From IMG/VR virus record IMGVR_UViG_3300033802_000281: DNA of 64,000 nt; one strand, given 5' to 3'. Position numbers and translations under genes: made by a program. The DNA comes from a virus. This document shows positions 38,937 to 49,190 of the stretch, one piece after another; position 1 is the first letter of the stretch, and each line of letters begins with the position of its first letter. Below the pieces are notes generated by a model. That model saw nothing but the letters and a program-made list of their open reading frames with translations, was not told the origin of the DNA and did not search any database.

Positions 38937-39171
38937 TATGCTTGCATGACGTAGTAAACCCTAAATATGACCAACAAACTATGAAAAACTATTTTTGGTA
39001 AATCAAAAATAAGTGTTAAGTGTTGAGTGGTTAGTGTTTAGTCATAAGTTTTATCAGTGGTTAGTATTAAGTTATAAGTGTTTGACAAAATCCTGTTTCC
39101 AACTTTATTTCCCTGTCGGGATACCCGAATGGTCATCGGTGGGTGGGAGGAATAGGCTGTCTTGTAAGCAT
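38937..39171 (+). ncRNA. structured RNA with internal array of ten 7-nt repeats (NAGTNNT)
   Basis: closing helix ATGCTTGCATGAC/GTCTTGTAAGCAT; repeats at 39011-39082; AAACCC and ACAAAATCC flank the array; no ORF. Confidence 0.7.
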
Positions 39172-39189
39172 AATGACAATCATTAACCG

Positions 39190-39260
39190 ATCTGCCTGAA
39201 TGTATCTACGGATTTTCAGGTAAAGTGTACCCGAGATTACCTACGGGTGCTCGGGTACAG
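39190..39260 (+). ncRNA. two hairpins each capped by a cUACGg tetraloop
   Basis: CCTGAA..ATC-TACG-GAT..TTCAGG and TGTACCCGAG..ACC-TACG-GGT..CTCGGGTACA. Confidence 0.6.
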
Positions 39261-39270
39261 ATAATTATAT

Positions 39271-39357
39271 GCGGATATGGCGGAACAGGCAGACGCAGCG
39301 GACTTAAAATCCGCTTCCCATAAGGGAGTAAGGGTTCGAATCCCTTTATCCGCACCA
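39271..39357 (+). tRNA. tRNA-Leu(UAA)
   Basis: class II cloverleaf, CTTAAAA loop, TCCC/GGGA variable arm, CCA. Confidence 0.95.
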
Positions 39358-39387
39358 AAATATAAAATATTAAGAAGGGAGTATTTT

Positions 39388-40569
39388 ATGGCAGAGGAAA
39401 AGACTCTAGTGAAAGTTAACAAAAAGCATGGCGGAAAGGAATTTTCGTCTTTTTTTCGTTTCGTCGGCTTAGTAAAACCAGTTAGAAAATTTAACAATGA
39501 TACTGGTGGATGGGAAGAACAGCCTATTTTTCAAGAAACAATTACAAGAACACAAAAACCTCGTCGCATACTACAATTTAATGTAGAAACAGCGCCTAGT
39601 AATGAACTTAAAGTTGAATTTTCTGCAATGGAGCAAGAATATGTTTTTGCGTATAGTAGCACACATAAAAAAACTGCAAAAATTAAGTGGGAAAATCGAT
39701 TCGATAAATCAAGATGGAAAGACGAAAATGAACAAGTAACAATTGATAATACATATCACTTAATTACATCTGATTGGGACAAGATACTTGAACTTGCTGA
39801 AAAAGTTGATGATAAAAAGATTAACGAAGGTCTTTGGGTTGAAGTAACTGGTGTTTATGAACCAAATGAATTCCCCGATAGCGATGGAAATAATCGCATT
39901 GTATTTAAGCGTATAATTAACAATATTCGACCCATTGTTAACGGGAAAGTATTAGGCGATGATGGGAAAGAACGTCCGATTAAAATCAACGGAAATGAAA
40001 TTAATTATATAACAGACTTTAATTCACCAGACTTTGTAGAAGTAAATTATTTTTTGATGCAAATTGGAATTCGTTCCACATATCAAGATGAAAATACAAA
40101 AGATACAAAAGTTAATGCTGTGTATCTTACATATGGGAAAGAAAGATCGACACCGTATGATATTGAATTAACAGTTCCATATCGAGAGCCATCTGAAGGT
40201 AAGAAAGCACTTGCTGATGCATTTTCTACATTGCAATATGGCGATTTTATCGAAGTAACAGGAACTGATAACAACCGTGTAGAATTTGCAGAAATTGAAG
40301 TGGATGAAAATTTTGATCCTGATGATCCATTTAATGATGCGGAAGGGAAGACAGTTCGTAAAAGACGAGTAGTATCAGGAGATAAAAAAGGTTTAGAAGT
40401 ATTAGGATTTGTTGCTGGTACACGGATGAAAAATTTCTTAACGGAAGAAGAAATTACTAAAGAAAATAATAATAGTGAAAATCCATTTGCAAATAATAAT
40501 CAAGAGTACGATCCATTTAGCGATAATAGTAAACCACTTGATTTGTCTGAAGACGATTTATCATTTTAA
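39388..40569 (+). CDS. putative phage single-stranded DNA-binding protein (SPbeta YorF-like position)
   Basis: beta-rich; acidic tail ...DPFSDNSKPLDLSEDDLSF; upstream of AAA ATPase; track ORF start lies inside tRNA-Leu. Confidence 0.65.
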   Translation: MAEEKTLVKVNKKHGGKEFSSFFRFVGLVKPVRKFNNDTGGWEEQPIFQETITRTQKPRRILQFNVETAPSNELKVEFSAMEQEYVFAYSSTHKKTAKIKWENRFDKSRWKDENEQVTIDNTYHLITSDWDKILELAEKVDDKKINEGLWVEVTGVYEPNEFPDSDGNNRIVFKRIINNIRPIVNGKVLGDDGKERPIKINGNEINYITDFNSPDFVEVNYFLMQIGIRSTYQDENTKDTKVNAVYLTYGKERSTPYDIELTVPYREPSEGKKALADAFSTLQYGDFIEVTGTDNNRVEFAEIEVDENFDPDDPFNDAEGKTVRKRRVVSGDKKGLEVLGFVAGTRMKNFLTEEEITKENNNSENPFANNNQEYDPFSDNSKPLDLSEDDLSF

Positions 40570-40595
40570 AAATAAAAAATGAAGGTGATATATGA

Positions 40596-41765
40596 ATGGG
40601 TTTTAGAGATAAACTGATTAAGAATACACCGAAAGTTGCATTAGAACTTATTAAATCATTAATTGTTGGTACATATAAAAGTGGTAAAACTCGACTCTGG
40701 AAAGAAGTTACCGAATTACACTATCAAAATCCAGCGGAAGAAACATTGTTGCTAGCGTGGGAAAAAGGATATGAAACATGGGAATTAGAAAACGTTTTGC
40801 CAATTTGCGAAGAAGGCGACGAAGTAGCACAATGGGAGTTTTTCAGGGGTGTTGTAGTTAAAGGTCTTGTCGAAGAAGCAAAGACAGGGCGTAAAATTAA
40901 GCTCATTGGATGGGATACCGTTGATCGTGCTGTCGATGCTTGTACAGCATGGGTCATTCAAGATGCAAATAGAAGGTATGGAAAAAAGTTTTCATCATTG
41001 CAAGATATAACAGAAAGTACCCACGAAAATGGCTGGACACTATTATACGATGAACTGAAACGGCAAGTTGATGCTCTCGATAATGCTAAGTACGGGCAAA
41101 TGTTCTTAGCATGGACAAAAGAAAAAGAGACGACGCTTTATAACGGTTTAAAGTATAACTCACTCGAATTAATGTTAAATTCAACAGCAAAAAAAGTTTT
41201 TGAATCACAAGCTAGTCTTATTTGTTGTCTATTTAATGAAGTAAAGGTTTTAGATAGAGAAGGTAATGAGTTAGACGAAAATCTAAAAAATAAAAGAGGA
41301 AAAGAGTTAGCATCAAACTTTCATGAAACAAGGGTTGTAATGAAGTTTAGGCCAGATGAATACGTTTCAATTGCTGGAGGAAGGTTTACAAATCTTCCTA
41401 ATGAACCTGTAAAATATAGTGCAGAAAACTTCCTAAAAGTATTTGAAGAAGCAGTTGAAGGACAACTAAAGAAAACAACTAAGACAGTTGAAGAATTAAA
41501 AGAAGAACAGGGAGAAAGTGCAGATCGACAAGCAAAGCAATATGCAGAAAAAGTAGAACGCGAGGAAAAGGCGCAAGATATTATTGATAAAATTTCAAGT
41601 GAAGTCAATCGTTTATCTAGTGACGCGAATACAAAAGAATTGATCATAAAGAATGTAGTGCCAAAATTTAAAGAGATCTTCAAAACAACAGCCGATTATA
41701 AAAATATTTCAGACGTTGATAAGCTAAATGAAGCGTTAAGATACATAGAAAACTTAGGGAAGTAA
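40596..41765 (+). CDS. AAA_24-type ATPase / Sak4-like recombination protein (YorG-like)
   Basis: Walker A GTYKSGKT; Walker B-like IGWDTVD. Confidence 0.75.
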   Translation: MGFRDKLIKNTPKVALELIKSLIVGTYKSGKTRLWKEVTELHYQNPAEETLLLAWEKGYETWELENVLPICEEGDEVAQWEFFRGVVVKGLVEEAKTGRKIKLIGWDTVDRAVDACTAWVIQDANRRYGKKFSSLQDITESTHENGWTLLYDELKRQVDALDNAKYGQMFLAWTKEKETTLYNGLKYNSLELMLNSTAKKVFESQASLICCLFNEVKVLDREGNELDENLKNKRGKELASNFHETRVVMKFRPDEYVSIAGGRFTNLPNEPVKYSAENFLKVFEEAVEGQLKKTTKTVEELKEEQGESADRQAKQYAEKVEREEKAQDIIDKISSEVNRLSSDANTKELIIKNVVPKFKEIFKTTADYKNISDVDKLNEALRYIENLGK

Positions 41766-41907
41766 AATACATAAATGAACAGAGACAGCACAGATTTATC
41801 AGAAAACACAGCTATAAGATATCCTTGTCAACGATAATATATGGAATAATTGAATGAAATTTAAGTAGAAACTTTAAATCCGTCTGATGCCACAAATATA
41901 AAATATG

Positions 41908-41940
41908 AATCTGTAGCCTGTTTTATTCAGGCTACAGATT
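41908..41940. terminator. terminator hairpin
   Basis: AATCTGTAGCCTG/CAGGCTACAGATT 13 bp. Confidence 0.7.
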
Positions 41941-41958
41941 CATAATAAATTGGAGGTT

Positions 41959-42654
41959 ATGATGAAAAGGTTTATCAAGCCCCTGGTCACATCCGTCATA
42001 TTTTGTTCGTTTTTAATTTCGTCGCCAAATTCCTTGACAGGGGAGAGATACCAAGACGATTATATCGTTCTTGAGAAACCTACTGATCCAATTATTCAAA
42101 TTCAGCAGAAAAAATTTAATGAAATTGAAAATTCATCGGAAGTGGATGAAATAGTGGAAAATATTGTCGAAGATGGAGTAACAAGACCATTAATTGATAA
42201 TATCCCACTTGATGATGAACTTCTTGATTATATCTATAATCTTAGTGAAGAAAATGAAATTGCGTACACATATTTACTTGCAATAATGAAAGTAGAGAGC
42301 GATTACGATCATACAGTCCTGAGTCGTACAAATGATATGGGACTTTTTCAAATAAACAAATCGAACATTAAATCTTTTAGTAAAATGGCAGGAATTAGTG
42401 ATCCTGATCCGTATAATCCATATCACAATGTTGCAATGGCAGTTGCATATATCTCTTATTTGAATGAATACTGGTCACAGTTTGATTATTCAGAAGAAGA
42501 TAAATTTTATCTTGTCACATTGAGTTATAATCGTGGCATTGCAGGAGCGAAAAGATATATTCAAAAGCACGGATGGAATAATTCATATGTTAATAAGGTT
42601 TTAAAAGTAAAAGAAGAGATTGAGGAGCGACATGGTGATGGAGAATACGTTTAA
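41959..42654 (+). CDS. lytic transglycosylase (SLT domain) with N-terminal signal/anchor
   Basis: AIMKVES...DMGLFQIN...YNRG. Confidence 0.85.
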   Translation: MMKRFIKPLVTSVIFCSFLISSPNSLTGERYQDDYIVLEKPTDPIIQIQQKKFNEIENSSEVDEIVENIVEDGVTRPLIDNIPLDDELLDYIYNLSEENEIAYTYLLAIMKVESDYDHTVLSRTNDMGLFQINKSNIKSFSKMAGISDPDPYNPYHNVAMAVAYISYLNEYWSQFDYSEEDKFYLVTLSYNRGIAGAKRYIQKHGWNNSYVNKVLKVKEEIEERHGDGEYV

Positions 42655-42946
42655 TTATTATATAGATAATATTTGTAATGAAGTCAAAGAACTGCTTAAG
42701 AAAAAAAATGCCGACTATGATTCTAGTTTTAGTAAATTATACAAAAAGTACGGAACATTAAGCAGTTTAATTAGGTTAGAAGATAAAATAAATAGATTGG
42801 AAAATTTGTGTAATGGTCATAATCCACAGATTAATGAAAGTATAGATGATACACTAATGGACATTATTGGCTACTGCATTTTGACGCTAGTAGAGAGGAA
42901 GAAAGAGAAAAATGAAGAATCGTTTGATTTTAGTGTCGGGATGTAG
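42638..42946 (+). CDS. nucleotide modification associated domain 1 (DUF1599) protein
   Basis: KKNADYDSSF...IRLEDKINRL...ESIDDTLMDIIGYCIL. Confidence 0.8.
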   Translation: MENTFNYYIDNICNEVKELLKKKNADYDSSFSKLYKKYGTLSSLIRLEDKINRLENLCNGHNPQINESIDDTLMDIIGYCILTLVERKKEKNEESFDFSVGM

Positions 42947-43478
42947 TGGAAGTGGGAAAACTACGATAATGCGAAGTGTTATGAATAATGAGATTATAAG
43001 TTTTACAACAAGAAGTCCAAGACAAGGGGAAGTTAACGGTAAAGATTATATTTTTATTTCTGAAGAACAATTTCAAGATTATCTTAATAAAAATGAACTA
43101 ATAGAATATACATATTACGGTGGAAATTATTATGGAATGATTAAGTCAGAGATAGATTACAAGCTTAGTTTAGGTGATGCTTTTGCGATTGTTGATTATC
43201 ATGGTATGAAACAACTGAAAAAACTATATGAAAATACACTAACAATATTTATCTATATTGATAAAGAACAGGCCATTCATAATATGCGAAGTCGCGGTGA
43301 TTCGGAAGAATATATCAAGAAACGTATGGAAACATATGACGAAGAAGTGACAAACTTAGTATTTTATGATGAAGTAGTGACAAATTATCCTAATGAGTTA
43401 CAACAAGCAATTGAAGATGTAAGAAATATTTTATATTTCATGGAGGAAATAAATGAAAAAGAAACGTATCGGAATTGA
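42912..43478 (+). CDS. gmk: guanylate kinase-like nucleotide kinase
   Basis: GCSGSGKT; TTRSPRQGEVNGKDYIF; YYG. Confidence 0.85.
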   Translation: MKNRLILVSGCSGSGKTTIMRSVMNNEIISFTTRSPRQGEVNGKDYIFISEEQFQDYLNKNELIEYTYYGGNYYGMIKSEIDYKLSLGDAFAIVDYHGMKQLKKLYENTLTIFIYIDKEQAIHNMRSRGDSEEYIKKRMETYDEEVTNLVFYDEVVTNYPNELQQAIEDVRNILYFMEEINEKETYRN

Positions 43479-44037
43479 TATGGATCAAGTGATTGCGGAT
43501 ATTATGAGTGAATGGCTTAGAAGATATAATAACGATTATAATGATAATCTTTCTCCAAAAGATATTACAGAATGGAATTTTCATAATATTGTAAAACCAG
43601 AGTGTGGAAAAAAGATCTACACTTATTTAGATGATCCTGATTTATTTAGAAACTTGCCTGTAATTGATGAAAGTCAAGATGCAGTTTATGAATTGTCAAA
43701 AAATTATGAAATATTTATAATTACAGCCCCATTCAATCCAAACAATATCCTTCCTAAATATGATTGGTTAAAAAAGAATTTTAATTTTATATCTGAAAAA
43801 AATTACGTTTTTACTAGAAATAAATCAATCGCTAATACAAATTGGTTGATTGATGATAATCCAGATAATTTTATAGGATATTCAGGCGAACCTCTTCTTT
43901 ATAATGCACCGCACAACAAGTCATATCAAGGCGATATACTAAGATTTGATAATTGGCAGGAGATTGTATTTTATTTTGATTGGATTCAAAATGTTCAGGA
44001 GGAGCTTCTTAGTGAGAGACAAAAACAAGTGGGATAA
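43453..44037 (+). CDS. 5'(3')-deoxyribonucleotidase (NT5C, HAD)
   Basis: IGIDMDQVIAD; KYDWL; WLIDDNP; PHN. Confidence 0.9.
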   Translation: MKKKRIGIDMDQVIADIMSEWLRRYNNDYNDNLSPKDITEWNFHNIVKPECGKKIYTYLDDPDLFRNLPVIDESQDAVYELSKNYEIFIITAPFNPNNILPKYDWLKKNFNFISEKNYVFTRNKSIANTNWLIDDNPDNFIGYSGEPLLYNAPHNKSYQGDILRFDNWQEIVFYFDWIQNVQEELLSERQKQVG

Positions 44038-44273
44038 AAATGATGATAAGAAACAGAATAAACCGAGTAAAGTTAAAAAACAAAAAATTAAATTACTACG
44101 AGAAAAGGAATATGATGAAGAAGTCAATTACTATTTAAATGGGCTTAAATTTATGAATGAACGAACATGGGGTGATTATGAATGAATATTTGTGAGATTA
44201 TGCAAGGTGTAAAATCTTTTAGAGAAAATCAACTCAACAGTGATTATTCTATAAGGTGTGAAGAAATATCGGA

Positions 44274-44771
44274 ATGAACAAAGGTATAGGTGGACATCAT
44301 TCACCAAGAATGAAAAACGATGAGTGGTTAACACCACCTGAACTGATTAAAAAATTAGGAACTTTTGATTTAGATCCTTGTGCACCAATATACAGACCAT
44401 GGGATACAGCCAAGTTTCACTATACAATTATTGAGGATGGTTTATCTAAAGAATGGTTTGGTCGTGTATGGCTAAATCCTCCCTATGGGAAAGAAACGGG
44501 AAAATGGCTAAATAAATTAGTGAAGCATGGTAACGGCATCGCATTAGTTTTTGCTAGAACTGAAACAGAAATGTTTTTTGATTATATATGGAGCAGGGCA
44601 GATGGACTATTGTTTCTCAAAGGGAGACTCTACTTTTATCATGTGAATGGAGAAAAAGCTAAGAGTAATTCTGGAGCACCATCTGTCCTTGTTGCATATG
44701 GACAAAATAATGTAAATGCATTGAAAAGAGTTTCAGATTTAGGACAATTAGTGTTACTAAAAAACCAATAA
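44274..44771 (+). CDS. phage DNA N6-adenine methyltransferase (Dam-like, PF05869 type)
   Basis: NDEWLTPP, DLDPCA, WLNPPYG. Confidence 0.85.
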   Translation: MNKGIGGHHSPRMKNDEWLTPPELIKKLGTFDLDPCAPIYRPWDTAKFHYTIIEDGLSKEWFGRVWLNPPYGKETGKWLNKLVKHGNGIALVFARTETEMFFDYIWSRADGLLFLKGRLYFYHVNGEKAKSNSGAPSVLVAYGQNNVNALKRVSDLGQLVLLKNQ

Positions 44772-44978
44772 AATTGGAGTTTTATTGGGGATGAGTTGAT
44801 ATGGAGAAATGAAAATGATTCAATACTGATAATGAATTTGAAGAAAGATATCCATACGGTTACAAAAAAGGATTTTATAATGTAGGTAATTATGAATTCA
44901 ATGACGAAGATGATTTTGATCGTCATATTTTCGATCCCAATTATGACTAAAAATTTTTAGAAAGGATAGGTATATCGT

Positions 44979-45239
44979 ATGGGCGCTGATCCTATTGCAA
45001 TGTGCGGTAATTGCAGAGAAATTGTCGCAGGATTTCATCTTTCAAAATGTGTAGATTGTATTAACGAAAGATATAGTATTGATATTAATGATAAAAGAGA
45101 TAGAGTGCTGACTAATGATTTGAAGGTGAATAAAGAATGGCGACCACACTGTTACGACGACATTTTATGTGAAGGCTTAGAGGATCTTGAAAAATGTATT
45201 AAGCAAGGGCATAAAGTATTAATTGATCCTAGCTGGTGA
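44979..45239 (+). CDS. hypothetical protein
   Basis: ORF with Cys pairs; SD AGGT. Confidence 0.55.
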   Translation: MGADPIAMCGNCREIVAGFHLSKCVDCINERYSIDINDKRDRVLTNDLKVNKEWRPHCYDDILCEGLEDLEKCIKQGHKVLIDPSW

Positions 45240-45739
45240 TTCAAATGAAAAAAGATGTTCATACGTGGTTTGGTTTATCATATGCAAGTTATCTAGTTCT
45301 ACCTAGAAGTGTTCTCCAATCAATGCCTGAAAAATGACAACATCAATTTGTTAATCTTCTTGATGAATTAGATTGATCTTATGCCGGAAGATGTCGGTTA
45401 TTATGATGTAAGATTGCGTAATAAAAAAGGAAGATTATACATGATCCTTTAAATAATTATGATCGTGGACGACGAAATGTATTTGATGAGTTAGACAAGA
45501 AGAATGGATTAAAAATTCAAAATAAAAAAATACGAAAGTGGTAATTTTATGTTTAAAAAGAGAAGAGAAAAACAAAAAATTGAAATTGATTTATCTGACA
45601 ATGAAATTGCTGATAAACTCACTCCGAAAGGAAAATATTTTTTGCAATTAGCAAAAAAATATACAGATGCTTCATTTGAAGAAATAATGAGTATGGTTAA
45701 TGCAGTATTTAAATAATAATTTAAATAGGTGGTGATTTA

Positions 45740-45913
45740 TTGGGAGAAAAATTTATAGGTAGTCTCGAAATTAATAGAATTTACCAATTGGATACACTTG
45801 AAGGTAATATGCGTGCTGACTTTGATGATTGGATTATTACTGGTGTAAATGGGGAAATGTATCCTTGTAAACCTAATGTGTTCGAAAAGACTTATGAACC
45901 TATTGAAGAATAA
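45740..45913 (+). pseudogene. chimeric 57-aa ORF: methyltransferase N-terminus fused to an unrelated C-terminus
   Basis: MGEKFIGSLEINRIYQLDTLEG + NMRADFDDWIITGVNGEMYPCKPNVFEKTYE. Confidence 0.75.
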
Positions 45914-46191
45914 AAGAGAATAATATTAATGATTACGTTTGAAGAATTTATTTGTAACCGAGAAATAACAAAGAACAATTAGCGATAAATAATTTTGAAC
46001 AATTATAAATTATTAAATGAGGTGCTAATATGAAAAAAAATCGATAAGAATTACATGAGTTTTATTGATGGATTTACGGTAAATCGTGGAGAAGCTCCCG
46101 ATGGATTTAAAGAAGTAGATTGGAAGCGAGTTAAAGAATTTATAGAAGAAAATAAAAATAAACTTTTAACGGAAAAGGAGACAAGGAAATT

Positions 46192-46497
46192 TTGAAAATT
46201 GAAGATAAAAATATTACAGGATTTACGGTACGTTCAACAAAAGAGAAAATAATTATCGAAATGCCTATTAGCAATCTGATTAGGGGATTTAATGCAAGTC
46301 CCAACAACTATAGTGGATGTAAAATTAAAAGAGGTCATAGAGAAGAGTTTGCAAAATGGTTAATTGAAAACTTGCTTGATGATGCTGATTCCGAATCTGG
46401 CGATAACTATATTGTAAAGATGCTTGATGAGGTGTATGAGAGGGCATTTGAAGATTATTTGGAATTTGTTAAATATCCAGAAGACGAAGAAGAATAA
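46192..46497 (+). CDS. hypothetical protein
   Basis: TTG start; SD AAGGA. Confidence 0.65.
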   Translation: MKIEDKNITGFTVRSTKEKIIIEMPISNLIRGFNASPNNYSGCKIKRGHREEFAKWLIENLLDDADSESGDNYIVKMLDEVYERAFEDYLEFVKYPEDEEE

Positions 46498-46869
46498 TCG
46501 TATTAAATGGAAAATTGATTTGGCTATGAAAATATTTATACGCTGCCTAAAACAGCATTAATACTATAGAATGGAGGTAAGAGGTGTTTGGATTTGGATA
46601 TTATTTATAAGACTAATATAGAAAATCCGTCTGATCGTGTTTTAGAGATTGCTGAAGCCTTCGGTGTAGGTATTGACGAATCACATAAACACGTAATTGT
46701 TGAAAATCTTACGATTCCGCAATTCGATATACTTTATCTGACTGGAATGAGTGGTAGATAAAGAATTAGAGGAATGATCTAGTGTAGTAAAATAGTATAG
46801 GTATTGGCTATAAGAAGTAAATAATATAAGTATTGTAGATATAAAAAATAAAAAATGGAGAGTGATTGA

Positions 46870-47661
46870 TTGAGTAAGAAACTACTTGGAAGCCTTCAAC
46901 TAAACCGTATTTATCAAATGGATTGTTTAGAAGGTATGAAACTGATTCCTGATAAAAGTATTGATATGATTTTGTGCGATTTACCTTATGGCACAAGTGC
47001 TTGTAGTTGGGATACTGTAATCCCATTTGAACCACTTTGGGAGCAATACAAACGCATCATTAAAGATTTTGGAGCAATCGTTCTTACAGCAAGTCAGCCC
47101 TTCACGACATTATTGATTAACAGTAATTTCGAGTGGTTTAAGTATTGCTGGGTTTGGGAGAAATCAGTTTGTGGCGATGTTTTTAATGCTAAAAATAAAC
47201 CTTTAAAGAAGCACGAAGATATTGTTGTGTTCTCTAACGGAACAACCGCAAATGGCTCCAAAAAGAAAATGCCCTACTTCCCACAAGGGCTTGTTGAAAT
47301 CAATAAAACCGTAAAAAACATTGAAACGACAAGAGCATTTTTCGCTCCAAGACCTTCACATAAAGAATCATATACTCAAAAATTCACCAACTATCCTACA
47401 AGCATTCTTAAATATGATAATGATAAAGGGTATCACCCAACACAAAAGCTTGTTGCACTTTTTGAATACCTTATTCGTACATATACAAAAGAAAATGAAA
47501 TTGTCCTCGATAACTGTATGGGTTCAGGGACTACCGCCGTTGCCGCAACATTAACAAAGCGTAACTGGATTGGCTTTGAGACGGAGGCTAAATACATAGA
47601 AATAGCCAACAAACGTCTGGATCAGATTCAACTTGAAGATGATTTAGCAAAGTACGATTAA
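46870..47661 (+). CDS. N6/N4 DNA methyltransferase (beta class), paralog 1
   Basis: CDLPYG, HPTQK, LDNCMGSGTT. Confidence 0.95.
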   Translation: MSKKLLGSLQLNRIYQMDCLEGMKLIPDKSIDMILCDLPYGTSACSWDTVIPFEPLWEQYKRIIKDFGAIVLTASQPFTTLLINSNFEWFKYCWVWEKSVCGDVFNAKNKPLKKHEDIVVFSNGTTANGSKKKMPYFPQGLVEINKTVKNIETTRAFFAPRPSHKESYTQKFTNYPTSILKYDNDKGYHPTQKLVALFEYLIRTYTKENEIVLDNCMGSGTTAVAATLTKRNWIGFETEAKYIEIANKRLDQIQLEDDLAKYD

Positions 47662-47853
47662 CAACCACAGGATGTTTTTGCAAACCCCAAGATGTGTCAT
47701 GGCGATGTGCTAATTGAACTTGTCGAAAGATATTGTTTCGATTAAGTAAAATTTTTATTATGCGGAGATGAATAAAAAATGAGCAAATGGACAAATGAAG
47801 ATATAGCAATTAAAACACAGTCAGAAGGTCTTGGCTATATGATTCAACATTAC

Positions 47854-49170
47854 AAATCCACCACAAGAAAGCCCCTGCCTTTAGGCATGGGGATGAATTG
47901 TGGTGGGATAAGTTGGTAAAAACTTGATTTTCATAACTAAAATATGATATATTTATTACAAGAAAAAAAGAACGGAGGTGACATTTGTGCAATCTATCAC
48001 CGTAAAAATAAGATTTTTTCCTGATAACCCAAAGGTCATTAAAGAAGCATCACAAGAATACATCAATATTGTCAATAGACTATCACAACAGGCAGTTGAA
48101 AATCAATCGTTTCCTAAAATCACAACAAAAGATATTTCAACTTTTCTTCCATCTGCTGTTTGCAATCAAGCGATCAGAGACACAAAATCTGTATATACCA
48201 AATATAAAAAGACCAAAAAAATATCTGTTCTCAAGAAGCCAGTATATTATATTAATAATCAAAATTATACCATCCTTGATAATACAATTGCATTTCCTAT
48301 ATCTATTAATGGAAAAACGAAAAAGACATTTTTTAAAGCCATTCCAACAGATAGAGATATGGAATTAATCAAAAAATCCAAACTTGGTCTTATGCGTATT
48401 GTTGAAAAATCAGGAAAATGGTATGCTCAAGTGTCCATTCAAATTCCAGAAGAAAAAACGAATGGCGAAAATATCATGGGTATTGATCTTGGCTTAAAAG
48501 TTCCTGCTGTTGCTGTAACATCAACAGGTAAAACCAGATTCTTTGGCAATGGTAGACAAATCAAATATGTTAGACGCAAATATCAGTCTCACAGAAGGAA
48601 ATTAGGTAAACTTAAAAAACTTTCGGCTATCAAGAAACTAAGCGATAAAGAAAGCAGATGGATAAAAGACCAAAATCATAAAATCAGTAGACAGATTGTG
48701 AATTATGCGATTCAAGAAAATGTATCTCTAATCAAATTGGAAAGATTAGAAAATATCCGTAAGACGACAAGAACAAGTCGTAAAAACGCAAAGAATCTGC
48801 ATAACTGGTCGTTCTATCAACTGCAACAGTTTATCACATATAAGGTTAACTTGGCAGGAATCAAAGTTATAGAAGTTAATCCTGCATACACAAGTCAAAT
48901 ATGCCCTTGTTGTGGTAAACGAAATAAAGCAGATGATAGACAATATGAATGTTCATGCGGATTCAAAACACACAGAGATCGGGTTGGAGCGATTAATATT
49001 ATGCGTCAACCTGTGGCAGATGGTAACAGTCTGCCAGCCTAAGAACCTATATGGTCTGTCTTAGGATGGGCTGATGGCACAGCCCCTAACTTGGAGATTG
49101 CATGAAGCAGAAATGCATGAGTGCGTGAATCATCCAAGAATCCCCCGGATTTATCCGTGGGGAGTGTCAA
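47854..49170 (+). mobile_element. IS200/IS605-family element (IS608-like ends, tnpB only)
   Basis: TTAC target at left; LE AAAG-CCCCTGCCTTTAGGCATGGGG; RE GAAT-CCCCCGGATTTATCCGTGGGG-AGTGTCAA; no tnpA. Confidence 0.92.
47987..49042 (+). CDS. tnpB: TnpB RNA-guided endonuclease
   Basis: RuvC GIDLG / LERLEN / HRDRVGAINI; CPCC...CSCG zinc finger. Confidence 0.95.
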   Translation: MQSITVKIRFFPDNPKVIKEASQEYINIVNRLSQQAVENQSFPKITTKDISTFLPSAVCNQAIRDTKSVYTKYKKTKKISVLKKPVYYINNQNYTILDNTIAFPISINGKTKKTFFKAIPTDRDMELIKKSKLGLMRIVEKSGKWYAQVSIQIPEEKTNGENIMGIDLGLKVPAVAVTSTGKTRFFGNGRQIKYVRRKYQSHRRKLGKLKKLSAIKKLSDKESRWIKDQNHKISRQIVNYAIQENVSLIKLERLENIRKTTRTSRKNAKNLHNWSFYQLQQFITYKVNLAGIKVIEVNPAYTSQICPCCGKRNKADDRQYECSCGFKTHRDRVGAINIMRQPVADGNSLPA

Positions 49171-49190
49171 TTATCGGCAGATGATATTGA
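49010..49190 (+). ncRNA. predicted omegaRNA (scaffold to 49170, guide from flank 49171-~49190)
   Basis: known TnpB biology; 5' boundary approximate. Confidence 0.6.

Noticed and set aside
39011-39082. CRISPR array
   Set aside because: 7-nt tandem units with no unique spacers and no cas genes
39277-39387. N-terminal extension of the SSB-like ORF
   Set aside because: Overlaps tRNA-Leu; ATG 39388 has a proper SD
47854-49170. IStron (group I intron-IS hybrid)
   Set aside because: The IS left end starts right after TTAC with no intron core, and the host gene has since gained a stop
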